Notes: generated by a model from the letters alone, not told the origin. A DNA stretch of 64,000 nt from Callorhinchus milii (GCF_018977255.1 NW_024704758.1:13268001-13332000), one strand, 5' to 3'. Shown: positions 26,903 to 39,333, counted from the first letter of the stretch. Program-made: numbers and translations.

Positions 26903-27494
26903 ACATACTGTGTTGACATAGTATTGACAGAATTTTAGCAGCTATGGTGAGGGCTACAATCACACTGCACACTTGGCAGTAGAGAGAGAAGCCACAACTT
27001 ACACCATTGCAGAATACTGCTTACCAGCATCTTTTCAATTGAGGACAGTCAGTTCTCATTATTCAATACCTGTAGCATTAGAGACTTAGGAAGTTTCAAA
27101 AGCAAAATGAAGCCACCTTTTAGAGGTGATCTATCTCCCCCTATTTCCCCCATGAAGCAGCAGCTTGATATTGCCTTTGACACTAGCACAAAAGGTTCCA
27201 TTTTCAGACGGACGTAATGCAGCTGTTTTTGGCAGGAAGTACATTTGTTAAGTTTTAAAAGGTAGCAGCAAGTTTGAAGAGCAATAAAACGTAAAAATAA
27301 TTTATAACAAAAAAATTATGATAATGAACTGTCCAATGTTTTACAAGTTCATTATTTGCAATTTCTGTTCCAGACACAACCAAGAGGTCAGTGTAGATTC
27401 TAGCTGAGAACTGATGAATACCATTGAAAGACAACAATCTCCAAACAGTAGTAAAACAAATTGAAAGGAGAGAAAACGTGGAGGCTTTGCATAG

Positions 27495-27596
27495 TTAGGT
27501 CAGTTTCATCAAAGCCAAAACACCGGTAATGATGCTAGCTGAAAAGACCGCAAACATCTGCCAGGTTGGAGTTCCGAAGTAAGAATAGATATTCTC
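27495..27596 (-). CDS. bax: BAX-like exon 6, C-terminal transmembrane helix alpha9 and stop
   Basis: Translates ENIYSYFGTPTWQMFAVFSASIITGVLALMKLT*; SYFGTPTWQ is a BAX signature; poly-T/ag acceptor. Confidence 0.97.
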   Translation of the reverse strand, partial: ENIYSYFGTPTWQMFAVFSASIITGVLALMKLT

Positions 27597-27744
27597 CTAA
27601 AAAAACAAAAACAGAAATTAGATTTCTCGTGAAAACTTATCACAATCACTTGATAAATCCAATCTCTGCATTGCACCACCCTTTAATTAACATTTCAAAG
27701 ATCTAATACTCCACTCGTGCTCTGACACAAATCCGTTTACTCAC

Positions 27745-27849
27745 CCAACCTCCTTGCAGCTGAATCCATGGAACCACACGGTTTTGGATAAAATCCAAGG
27801 ACCAATTAATAATAGGTTGGATCATTCCTCTCAGATTTTGCATCAGTGC
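27745..27849 (-). CDS. bax: BAX-like exon 5 with BH2 motif
   Basis: Translates ALMQNLRGMIQPIINWSLDFIQNRVVPWIQLQGGW; tag/gtgagt boundaries; 105 bp, phase 0/0. Confidence 0.97.
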
Positions 27850-28684
27850 CTAGCGAAGGATGGTAATGTTATTCGAAGCAATACCGATTATCTATCCACA
27901 CATTATTTTGATTATTGACAAGTGATTTTATCAGTGATTTTAAAGTAATCTTTTGTAAGACTATTCTCACTTTTGTATCAGAGTGCTTTGCAGTAGTTAT
28001 TGTTAAGGATAGGGGTTGATTGTGAACACAATCAATTTAACTGGAGGATTATTGCCCACAGCACTGGGAGAAATGTTCCTTACAAATAGTTTTATGGGTT
28101 TCTGCCACAAGTGGCAGAAATTATTATTATTATTAAATTATTATTATTATTTTGTGCAACAAAACAACCACTGAGTGGGTTTAGAAATAAAAGTGAAAAA
28201 AATGAACAAAGCATGGGATTAAGATATAATTTGAACCAAGCACAGTTCTGTTTGCTGTCATAATTATTTAAGAGTAAACATTACATACCCACTTTGCTTC
28301 CTGACTCTAAGTCATGAAAACATAATTCAGATGAACTATAAGCTTTATTGTTGCAGAACAATTTTGGACACACAGGAATCACTAGATATTGAACTAAAGG
28401 TAAATTTATCAGGAAACAACTTATATGTAAAGTATCATGTAAGAATTTATATGCATTGCCTTCTTCAAGGCCCATCTCAAGACCCTCCTCTTTGACTGTG
28501 CCTTCGATCACCCTTCTTCCCCCGCAGCTCACCACCTGCCTGATCCTGTCCCCCAGCTCAGGCCCGAAACACTGATTGTCCAGCTCTTTGGGATGTCTCC
28601 TGACGTGAAAGGCACTATACATATGTGCTTTGCTGTTATTACACATAATAGTAAATTGTACTTGCTGATGTCAATTCACATTAC

Positions 28685-28817
28685 CTTGTAAATAAGTTTA
28701 CCGGCAAAGTAGAAGAAGGACACAATTCTTCCCCAGTTCAATTCATCAGAAATGAGCTTTCCAGCTACTTGGCACAAAACATCTCGGGCAGAATTGATAG
28801 GAATGCTGTCAATCAGG
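28685..28817 (-). CDS. bax: BAX-like exon 4 with BH1 motif
   Basis: Translates LIDSIPINSARDVLCQVAGKLISDELNWGRIVSFFYFAGKLIYK; NWGR motif; cag/gtaa boundaries, 133 bp. Confidence 0.97.
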
Positions 28818-29345
28818 CTGTTGTCAGAAAACAACACTGTTAGATAAAGCCATTCTCAATCACCTGGTACTATTTCAGCCTCGACATTTGTTAGGAATAA
28901 TTGCTGGGTCTCTAACGTAGTACATTATCCATCTGAATGCAGTACAAGTAACCTAACTTTGATATCCCCTTCACCTGGGTTATGATTCAGACCACAAATG
29001 TTTCTGTGATCATGACTCATCTCTTATTATTATTATATCAATAATAGAGGTGCATTTCTTGGATAGGCAATTGGACATTTTGTTTCTCCCTTTCCCTTCC
29101 AAACAAGTTAGAACTTTGCGCTCATGTGAGTCAGTTCATCACGTGGACCCAGCCAACAACGTACACAACACAGCCTGAGGAGAGTCGTGTTCAGTTCAAA
29201 GTTTTGAACTGAATTGGGATTTGGCTTGGGAGTCCAGCATTGTATCATGTGAGCTCCCGGGAAAATCACTAATTAAGCACATTTTACATCATTAGGAAAT
29301 TATCCAGGGACAGAAAGCTACTTTATACATTGTTCAATTACATAC

Positions 29346-29507
29346 CACTGCAGTTCAACATTTCTGTTCAGTTCATCCCCAATTGTCCTCAAACACTGGG
29401 TTACATGCTTGATGGTAGGATCATCAATCTCACTCTGAGTGCCGCCCAGTTCATCGGGGCTGAGTGAAATTTCTGGATCTTCTTCATGGATTGTCTCCAG
29501 CACAAAT
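29346..29507 (-). CDS. bax: BAX-like exon 3 with BH3 motif
   Basis: Translates FVLETIHEEDPEISLSPDELGGTQSEIDDPTIKHVTQCLRTIGDELNRNVELQ; BH3 LxxIGDEL; ag/gt boundaries, 162 bp, phase 2/2. Confidence 0.96.
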
Positions 29508-29822
29508 CTTCACAACAATAAACAAGCATATCAAATTAGGTGGATCAATTTCCAACACCAGGTGGGCCGAACGGCCTGTTTCCATACTGTACATTGTTTT
29601 CTGTACATCCTTTTGTAAATTTCTATTTACCTGTGTCAGCATTTATGCTTATTAATACAACAAAATAGGCTCACAGACAAAGACTAGCAACAGAATGGAA
29701 AGAGGGGCAGTCTTGTATAAGACAGAAAGAATAAAGCAATGTAGCTGATGCCTGTAAACTGCTTCATAAAGTAAAGGTAAGGAGAGGTTAAAAAATGAAG
29801 GACTTTTTACGAAGTTACTCAC

Positions 29823-29871
29823 CTACGCATGAGTCCTCCAGCTTGTCTCATAAGGATCTCATCCGAGGAAT
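29823..29871 (-). CDS. bax: BAX-like exon 2 (DSSDEILMRQAGGLMRR, helix alpha1)
   Basis: ttatttcag acceptor and gtgagt donor; 49 bp, phase 1/2. Aligns with human BAX PTSSEQIMKTGALLLQG. Confidence 0.88.
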
Positions 29872-30342
29872 CTGAAATAATTTATAGATGGACAAATTAA
29901 TTACCGTCTGCGTTTATATATAATAATAATAATCCTTGCATTTGTTGAGACGCCCTTGAGAGGATTGTAACCTCAGATTTTTAAGCACACAAACACCGGG
30001 AAATAACGCACCGAGGGGGCAGAGACACACTGGATCTTAACATTTTTCATTTACGCCAATTGAGATCAACAATTGAGTGGCGAATGGGAGTGCACTTGGA
30101 ATAGAGACGACTTCCTTTGCCTTTCCTTCCAGGAAACTCGTTTAATAGAGTGTAAGAGCCGAGGGGATCCGGGTCAGGTTGTGGCCATCCACTGAAGACC
30201 ACTGTCCAACTGCAAACAGCAGAAGAAACCTCCTCAAAGCCATCGATCACCTCTGTTGTGTCCTGTGAATAAGAAGGAGTTTCCATTCTGCCCCCCAACA
30301 GGTGTCCCCTCTCCAACGTGGAGCACTGACTGCCACTGTCAC

Positions 30343-30412
30343 CTGGAGCTCTGTCACCTTCCTCCCGACTCAGTCTTCCATCAGCAGCTCCTGATGCCCT
30401 GAAGCTCTCCAT
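30343..30412 (-). CDS. bax: BAX-like, candidate coding exon 1 (MESFRASGAADGRLSREEGDRAP; donor position uncertain)
   Basis: ATG at 30412-30410 in a strong Kozak context (gccATGG) in a GC/CpG-rich region. Exon 2 requires a phase-1 donor; CCAG|gtgaca (exon end 30343) and GAAG|gtgaca (exon end 30358) both fit but are weak donors. Confidence 0.55.
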
Positions 30413-30830
30413 GGCTGAGCCCCTCCCGCAAACCCCCACACCGCACCCCCCACCGCAAAGTCGATGCAAAGTTACTGCAAACTCTGCGATGGTAAACCCT
30501 CGGGAGGGTTTGAGTTTGAACAGCCAGGAAAACACCTCCAAAACAACAAGACAAGACTGTGTGATCGCTGGTAACTTCCGCGTAGCATCCAGTGAGTCAC
30601 TGCTCTCTCTGACTCTCGGTCCTTTCATTGCACCAACTTCTGCCCTTAAACTTCGCTGCGAACTCGCCCCGAGGTCCCTCCCAGGGCTCTGGTTGGGTTG
30701 TCCTCTCTGTCGGGGCGGTGGGGAGGGAGCCTTCCCCACGTCGCTATTAGTTCATGCGGGTGTCCTTCACCCCGTCACTGGGAACACCAGGATAAGGGGG
30801 GAATTCCGACAGCGACTTGTTTCGACTTGT
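30413..30830 (-). promoter_or_regulatory. GC/CpG-rich bax promoter and 5' UTR region
   Basis: Locally high CpG density, ETS-type CGGAAGT at 30580-30574, and a GC box (GGGGCGG) near 30712. Confidence 0.55.
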
Positions 30831-30832
30831 CT
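30813..30832 (-). promoter_or_regulatory. Candidate p53-family response element upstream of bax
   Basis: Minus strand AGACAAGTCG AAACAAGTCG: two RRRCWWGYYY half-sites, no spacer, 18/20 match, about 400 bp upstream of the ATG. Confidence 0.65.
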
Positions 30833-32568
30833 CCAGAGCACTTTGTAGATGGTATTTATGACCAAACGCTTTTCGAAAGAGGTTTAATCAGTAAATTCAT
30901 CTCATTTCAGTAAATTCAAGAACTTCCTCCCCCCCCCATCCCACTCCCACCCCAGTCCCAGTCGCCAAATGTTCAGGTTTTTTGGTCAGTTTTAGTCTTC
31001 CAGTTTCGCCCACAAAAAATACACAGTCAATCCACTTTACGATACATTTTGCGAAGCGCTGCGAGACGTCTCAATGAGATGATAAGGCGCTCTATCAAAC
31101 GTAAGGAGTTAGCCTTATTATTATTGACGATGAGCTTTCCTTGAGAGCGATACCAAATTGCGCAGTGTATCAATAACGGAGTGATGAAACAATGACATAA
31201 AACCCAGTGACTCACTCCCAAGACGTGTCAGCCTGGCTCGGCTGGTGCCATGGTCATCTCTGAGTCAGAAGGTTGTGCTTTCAAATCCCACATGAGGAAT
31301 TCTAGTTCCTGTAGTATCGCCACTTGACTGTTTTTGAATCAGCCTAGCAAGGCGTTGTTGTTTTAACTGCTTTGCCAATTGCCAGTGTATGTGTGTGTAT
31401 GTGTAAAGAGAAATGCATGTGGCCTTTTTTCGAGCAAATCACCGCTGAATGTCGCAGATTTCAAACGAGCAGATTTGAAATGAAAGCACGAATCACATAC
31501 TTTTCGTTCAAATGGCGATTCTGGCAATTTGTATTTATTCCAAGCAGCACGTCAAGAGCTCTTCACTTTTTGATTGGATCGTAGCATCTCTTTACATTTT
31601 TAATCCCATTTCCCCACTCTTTTTCCTTTAATGCTAAAATACATTCTCCCCTCTACTTATTAAATACTCCTCACAACCACAGCATGTCACTGTTGCATCA
31701 GTTTACTGAAGCATAAATCCACGGCAGTTCAATGTGCAGAACAGTATCCGTGACTATACATTCTGAGTTTACACGTGATTCTCGGCTCACACTGGAGTCA
31801 GAAACTCTGAGCCAGGAGCAACTGTTTCCCCCAAAGATAATTTTAAAGCTGCGATACCTTGGTATGTCTAAGAGGCAATAAACACCAGGGCATGAAAGAA
31901 TTGTTTGTGGGACGCTACTGTGGGCAATTGGCTGCCACATTTCGCCCACAAAATATACCGTCACTACACTGAGATGTATTCTGTGAAGCACTTTGAACCG
32001 TCTCAATGACATGATAAGGCATTATATTAAAGGCAAGGATTATTAAGGTTATTATTACATTTGGAGAGGAATGAATATTCTTTCAGGAGACAGAATGGAG
32101 GTGGAGTCTTCGATGGGACAGGTTTGTGTGGTCTGCAGCAGGAGCAGGCTCAGTTGAGCTCAATGTTTCTTCACCCAATCGCCACGTGCAACTTAGTCTG
32201 ACTGAGGCCTGTAGCTGCTCCTCCAGGGACTGTGAGATGTGCCAGCTCTATAAAAGATGAGCACAGCTGTGACTTTTATTAGCACTGCTCTTCCAAACTT
32301 CCTGTTGACCTGCCACTCTGAATTCTCACAGACCCCACGGTGCTGTGTTTGGTGAAGCAGGAGTACTGAGACCATTAACAAGGGACCATCGCTCCCAGAT
32401 AAAGAGCCCATCTTTGCTCTTCTTTTCCTTGTAAGACTTTGATCATCTTCCTGTATGATTTTCCTGAAAACAGCCTAGAAGGAGATTGAAAACAAAGGAA
32501 TTACCATGGTATTTGCTGAGTATTGTATTGAACACATAACATTTATTATCAATGTCTCAGACACATAG

Positions 32569-32738
32569 AGGACAAATTTCACCTTGGTCTAGGTTTACTA
32601 TATACATCCAGAATTTGACAGATTACTGAATTCTGCCTTGACTTTGAAGTTGTTTTCTGTAGTTATTAAAGGATTGTAGAGAATAAACCGGCTTCACAAT
32701 TAAGACTGTAAATCTAGACCCAGATAAAATGTTGCCCT
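32569..32738. mobile_element. Degenerate MITE-like element with about 30-bp imperfect terminal inverted repeats
   Basis: AAATTTCACCTTGGTCTAGGTTTAC ... GTAAATCTAGACCCAGATAAAATGTTGCCC; related ends at 37529-37751. Confidence 0.55.
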
Positions 32739-33153
32739 ATTAATTGGTTTGTGATGCTGTTTCTGTGCTGGATCAGGTGCGAGTCCATTGTACATTTTGA
32801 AACTTTGGAAACAAGAGAAAAGTGTTTGGGAATGAGGCAAAAGGGAAAGTTAATTTGGTGTCAACGCCTACCCCCCAACCCCCACCCTCCATAGTTGTGA
32901 GAAGATTAGTTAGACCGTCCTAAAAAGTTCAACCATCTTGAAGTTTCTACCTGGATTTAGGTGCAGGAATATTGTAGTTAAAACAATCATCAAAACCATA
33001 AAAAATATACATTTTAATGACACTGCCACCTCACAAATGCCATGTAAAAGATTGTGTGCACTGCTAATTGAATTCTACATCTATCCTCTGCTGTACCTGT
33101 TGTGCCAGGTGATCTCAGTGTACCAGAACAGATGTGACATAAGAAATAGAATG

Positions 33154-33179
33154 GTGTGTGTGTGTGTGTGTGTGTGTGT
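33154..33179. repeat. (GT)n microsatellite
   Basis: Read directly. Further (CT)n/(GA)n/(GT)n tracts cluster at about 39815, 41063, 41217, 41351, 42271 and 42510. Confidence 0.95.
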
Positions 33180-35114
33180 CTGGGCAATGAACAAAACCAA
33201 ACAGGATATAGTGAGACTGGGCTCCTGAGTGAAACTGGTGTTCGCCAGGATGCTCAAAGGCAGTTTCTGCTTAACGTTATAAATTACGGCTCTGCTTTGA
33301 AGCAAAGTTATTCACTTGAGAACACTTTCACCCATTCTATTTTCACTCTGCTCCAAAACATTTCATTGGGAAACCAGAATGGCTTCTGAGGGTCAAAGGT
33401 GAGTGAACGTTAAGAACGAATGTAGGGTCCTGACTAACCACAGACTTTACTCATGTCTCCTTTGGCAATCCTGGGATGCTGGGCCATTCTGCTAGCTAAT
33501 GGTCTTGAATGTAAGCTTTCTTTTCAATCAAAATACATTCCAAACAGTCTGCTGGAGGACTGGTTGGGGGTGGAGGTTGGGTTAATGGATGGAACAGGAG
33601 AGATATCTGTGACTTTTTAATGTGGTTTCAAAATTTGGTCTGATTAAACTCTTGGCAATAGATGAACTTTAGATTTATTGCCAGCTCAAGAAATATAAAA
33701 AGCTTTTATAAGGTTCCCTGGATGTTGTACGTCTCCTTCTACTGTGATAAATAGACAGTTAAATGTAGGAGTAAACCTCAAGAAATACGTTTCAGAACTT
33801 ATCAAAAACTCTCTCAATTTACACCAAAAAAGTGCTCCTATCGCAGGATTTAATGTTTGCAGATTCAGTTGAAAAAGAGCTTCCATTTATCATTCTAATG
33901 GAAATAAAACTCCTTACAAATTGGGATGTTCTGATTTAAGGCGCTTGGAATAGTCCCAGAAATCTGCTGTTGGTTTAGTTTACTTGAATGTAATCGCTCA
34001 AACCCTGTCTAGGAAGAAGATCATTTGATGTACAAGTCGCATTCTGCAATTACCCTGTTGGAAAGCCAGGAAAGATTCACTGCAAACAGCCGGCCCAAAG
34101 CCAAATAGTGCTTTCTCGTTCCACACTCTTCATGTTTTTAATGACCGTATGTCAGGAGGACTATCCTGAAGGCAGGTTGTATCAGAGCAACGCTTCAGGA
34201 TAGATAAATAACTGTATCTTTAGCTTTGCAGATGTAAAACCTGTTGATTATTCATCTGAGTGTGTCAGGTTAACACGTCATTATTCAAAAACCTCTCAGA
34301 TTTGGGCCAATTGTAATATAACATTGCTTGGCATCCAGCTGTTAGCATGGTTTCTATGTAAAACAGTCACTCTTCAAAGGGACACTTACTCTCCTGTTAA
34401 CATACGCGAGATATCACATTGCAGCAGGTTTGTCAAAGAGAGTTGTGCAGTGACATCATGTGTCATTGATTAGAACACAGATGCAATATCCTGTATATTT
34501 CAGAAAACCAAGGATTCCCATAGATCTTTTGTAAAAATAAATCCCTGCAATTTTCTATTAACTTTCTACACGGGTTTCATTCCAGTATAAATCTGGGCTT
34601 AGTTTGACACTTGAATCAGCCTTTGATGTTCCATACACGTCTCCAGGCAACAAATAATGTTTATGTGATACAGTAACTGGAAGGCACTGCACTGCATCTG
34701 CGTTCAGTATCTGCTTAGTAACATTTTGAAAGCGTAAATTTTGAGTTAATGTAAGGATTCGGTCCGTGGACACTCATAATTATTCTGGGGGTGGGAGAAT
34801 TCTACCTCATGGTTTTAATTTAAGACATTTCCCTCCTTCAGAAACGCTTGCTCTCTATACCTATAAATAGTACAGGAGAGAATTGATATTCTTCTGTTTG
34901 TTTATCTGCCACAAGGCGCACCCCCCCCCCCCCCACCACCCACACCCCCCCTCCCCACACCCCACACCCACACACACACCCCCACACCCCCAACATTGCA
35001 ATAAAGTCGATCTGTTTTACTGCAACCCGTTTGCTTTTAGAAAAAAGGAGAACACCGTTGCTCTGAGACTGTGTGTGTGTGTGTGTGTTGTGAAGAGGAT
35101 GAGAGTGAAGTCAG

Positions 35115-35239
35115 GAAGACAGTTCGCCCACAAATATACAGTCAATTCACTTTACAGTATATTCTGCGAAGCGCTTCGGGACGTCCTCCCGACGTGAAAA
35201 GCGCTATATCAAATGCAAGGATTATTATTATTATTATTA
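35115..35239 (+). mobile_element. SINE/L2 3'-tail fragment (one of many; others near 8050, 12060, 15740, 31010, 31900, 46040, 51250, 57490, 59445)
   Basis: TTCGCCCACAAATATACAGTCAATTCACTT...GCGCTATATCAAATGCAAGG(ATT)n, matching the SINE tail. Confidence 0.85.
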
Positions 35240-37528
35240 CTAACCCACTGAGGACTACAGTCACATTGCCAGAACTAAAAAAAACAAGGTTTTTAATTTT
35301 ACTTTCTGCAATGGATACCGGGAACAAGATTAAACTGGCAAAAAAAAACAAGGCTATAGTGAACATTACCTTTCTTGGTCTTTTAAGATGGAGCTTAAGC
35401 ATGCAAACTGTATATGATCTTTTCTGTCTGCACATACTTAATCTCTCCAGTTCTGTTGTGACTAATGTAATTGAGTGCTATAATTACATGTAGAAAAAAC
35501 TTTCTTGACTTCAGAGAAGCCTAAAATGTAATACAAATTTAATGTTATTGATGGTCTGAAACTTTGCCAAAAGATGCATCTGTAGGTGACTTATAATCAT
35601 GTACACAGACAGACTTGTTGCAGTCGTGAGTACTTACATATGTTAGTAAAAGTGTTGTGAAGTTCTTTATTCTGCTTTTTTTCTGATGTTTAGCATTTAT
35701 GAGGTAGGTTTGATTTTCGTTGATATGTGAAAATCATACATGGACATGCCACCACAAGATTTATCTAAATGATTTAACTGACAAATAGATTTATGTTTCT
35801 TTGAATCATTTAATCCAAGCACATATACTGAATGCTTCTCCCCCTCCCTACGATAACAGCACTTATGCGTACACATAACAATGGATAGCTACGTGAATGG
35901 ACATCTCACACATTCCTCCACCCTTTTTGAGTTTTCTCATCATAAAGCATCACATCTTGCAGGAAAACATGCGTCATCAAATCTGTTGAACCGTGGTGTA
36001 AACATAAACCACCTAGGTTCTGGTATTTAGCCTGTAGGGTTTCACGAAAGTTAGGAACAGGAGGATGCCATTCAGCCCATTACACTGGACACTGGACTCA
36101 TTTAAATAAAGAAGCTTCATGCTGGGATCGGAGGACAGTAGGGTGAGTATTTTGGAACAATAAGATCAAATGGCTCAAGGACCTTCATCATCTAAACCAA
36201 TCTTGTAATCGTGTGATTTTCTCAAATAATCACTGATTCTTTTCCTCGGGAAGCCTTGCCATTTGACTTTTGTTTAAGATGACTGAAGAAACAGCCAAGA
36301 GCACAATCCAATGCATGAATCGATGTTTGGGTTTTTATGTAAGTTTTTCCTTTTGGTTTTGCGTTTTTAAGTTTCTTGACCACATTGCGCCAAGGTTCAA
36401 TTGTCCATTTCATTCACAAATGTGCTCAGGAATTTTGCATTTGAATTGTCTTCACTATACCTGCAATAAGCAGTGAATCTAAATGGCGATTTTGGGGACT
36501 GGGAATGTTGCGAGGAATTAAGTGTTGTACATCAAAGAGGAGGCATAGTTGAACAGTAATTACACTGTACATCAAGACCATATCTGAGTGATTGAGAACG
36601 TACACAAAGTCACGAAATCGGCATACACAAAAAAAAGCAACAGGAGGTAAGTTAAACCACTTAAACTCATGCAAGGGAAATCTTCGAAAATAAAACAATA
36701 ACTTCAAGTAATCTCCAAAAACATAAGCACAAAACATCTCCCAACTCCAGAGAGGAATGTTAAGCATTTCAACTCCAGCTGTGGCTCCCTCGGAAATGGA
36801 TACACTTGAGTGACCTGTGTTAGCCAAAGAAAAGAGAGATGGTTGCAAAGAAACAATGGCTGCAAAAGAAAATCAAAGAGGATAACTACTAAGAAGTGGC
36901 CAGCGGACACAATGAATGACAAAAGCTGTCACTGAACTCTTACAGAAGAGATTACAAAAGTTGCTGAGCAAATTTCCGATGACAGAGTGGACATGCTGAA
37001 CAGCAATGCAATACCAACTTTACATTTATATTGCGACTTTAAACAGTTTTTTGCAAAACCTTTTCGCAGGTTTTGTAGAGAATCTCCCAAAAATGATATA
37101 GGGAAAAGGCAGATAAAACTCCCAACGCCCAGATCAAAATGACAATCAAAATGTCCTGAGCTTTGCAGCACTCCGAGACTCTAACCAACATGAAGAGTGT
37201 TTATTATATTATATTAGCTATATTAATGCAAGTTGTTGTTGTTCTTGTTTTCTTTGGCTTAATGTTGCACTTGATGCCTTTTATGTTGGGAGGACATCTC
37301 AAAGCACTTCACCAGATTTACTGTAATGATTGTAATAGCTCCTTCTTCACAGAAGGTGAACTCTCTTGATCTCACTGACTTGTGCTCAGTTGCATGACAA
37401 AGGAATATCCAGTGAATGTGTAAGGAACCCTTTCTGTGGGCTTTCTTTTCTGTCTTTACAAAGTTTTGTTTACTATTTTTGACCTCTGTTTTAAAGCAGA
37501 TTTTTAATGGGGATTTCAACCCACCTGG

Positions 37529-37751
37529 GAAGAAATTCCACCTGGGTCCAGATTCATTCTCCCTCTGCAGTGTTTCAGAGCACTTAAACACAGCCTTAAT
37601 CTTGAGCCCACTTTCCTCTGTAGTTCTTTTTTTTAAAAAAGCAGAGCAAACCAACTTCAAGGTTGAGACAGAGTTCAACAATTTGCCGAATTTTGCATGC
37701 TCTAAAATGCAACATAAACAGAGTAAACCTGGACCCTGATAGAATTTCTGC
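37529..37751. mobile_element. Degenerate MITE-like element, same terminal motif as 32569
   Basis: GAAGAAATTCCACCTGGGTCCAGATTCATTC ... GAGTAAACCTGGACCCTGATAGAATTTCTGC. Confidence 0.55.
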
Positions 37752-38149
37752 ACAAACATTCTTAACTTTAAAAAGCTTTAGACACATGTTATCATCCGGT
37801 GTGGTTGATTTTGGAATAAGTCACTCTCTTTTGTTGAAGTTCTATTCACTTTGCTAGCACATTGTATAATTCTCAATAAATCTTCTGAACCTTTTATCTT
37901 TTTTTTTAAAAAAAAGTCAAATTGCAGTAAATGCCTTTTTAATAAGCTCAAGCCATTTGAGTTCATTTAAAGATCTTCTGTCAGGATAGCCTTGATGACA
38001 CTTCAGTTATCCATTCGAGACTCTTTGAACGAGATGCCAAATTAATGCATGGTGTAACATTATGGGCTAGTTTTCTGCATTGGGAGAGCTGGGTTGGGAC
38101 CACTCAAATGTATTTAACTTAGAACCCTTACAGCGGTGGAGAGGAAAAG

Positions 38150-38525
38150 CTTTCACCTCTTCAATGGCTGATTAACCAAACGAGAAACTAGACACAGACC
38201 GCAAACAACCCGCGTGAAAGTAACCAGTTGGCTTTGATCCAGCTGGTGCTGCTGTAGTTGGCATTGATGCTTGGGTTGTTTGCTGGGGTTGAAGTCTGAT
38301 GACACCTCTCTGCCATTCACTTCATGTGGTTGCAGTTGTTTCCCATGTGTCCATTGGCAATGTTTCGCAGCTGGAGTTTCTGTATCGCCTTCGAGCGACG
38401 TTTGCCAAGATACCATTTGCCTTATTTCAACTGGCAGTGGAGTACATGCTTCGAAGCGTGGTCATCTGAAATCCTGACAACATGGCCAGTCCAGCCAAAT
38501 GCAGGACTGCTGATGGGTTCTACTG
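38150..38525 (-). mobile_element. Decayed RTE-clade LINE, C-terminal ORF region
   Basis: Manual translation gives WTGHVVRISDDHASKHVLHCQLK*GK...PMDTWETTATT*SEWQR, matching the RTE pattern RWxGHVxRM...PK..L...L..G.R...WE..A.DR..WR; contains stops and frameshifts. Confidence 0.7.
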
Positions 38526-39319
38526 TACAGTGATAATGTTTTTATATGTAATTCCTTTGCTTCACTTGGCAACACTCTGACCTCTAGGTTTCTGTCAAGG
38601 CTCACCCATTAATCTTTCAGGAGAGATGGAGAGAGGAGAAACTAGTAGAGACATTTGGGAGGAGGGGGAAACCTTGCAAAGTATTTGAATAGAATGCTTT
38701 CGAAAAGCATTGTGTTACTTCTACATGAAATCACATTGAAATGTCTCATGGCTGTTCTGGCTTTGTGCTCCCTGTCAACGAAAGCTGAAGGCACAAAACT
38801 TATTGAATGCTAAGCGCTTTGAGATGTCTTCCTGACACGAAAGGCACTATACCAAATGTAAGGAATATTATTTATTATTTTCACACTGGAGGGGACATCT
38901 AAAAACACTTCATGTAATATGTAGTAACTATGTATTTGTAAAATACAGTATGCTTTCGTTGCAGAGGAGCATTTGGAAATATAACTCCTTCAGTTTCTGC
39001 CCTCAATACTTGTGATTGTTATTCCGGACACATTTTGATGTAATGAATCTATTTGAACACAAGTGCAGTCATGGAGAATCCTTGCAATGAGATCCCAAAT
39101 TGTGTCTGGTTGAACAGGAAAATATTTATTGAAAAAAAATGCAGTTATATATATATATACACAAATGAAACTGTTTGTGTTCCATAAAGAGGGTAATGGA
39201 GGTCAAAAGGTTCCCTATATACATCTATAAAAAGTTCTGAATCACTTTTGAAAGCCTCTGAATCACTCAATGAATCACTCACAAAATAAACAATGGACCT
39301 CATTCACTCAAGTCTGTGG

Positions 39320-39333
39320 GCGCCCTCTGCTGT
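39320..39333 (-). promoter_or_regulatory. CTCF-like motif between the bax and anoctamin promoters
   Basis: Minus strand ACAGCAGAGGGCGC, 13/14 match to CCASYAGRKGGCRS. Confidence 0.5.

Noticed and set aside
36500-37150. A-rich, coding-looking stretch on the plus strand
   Set aside because: The frames I translated are short or interrupted by stops and show no recognisable domain.
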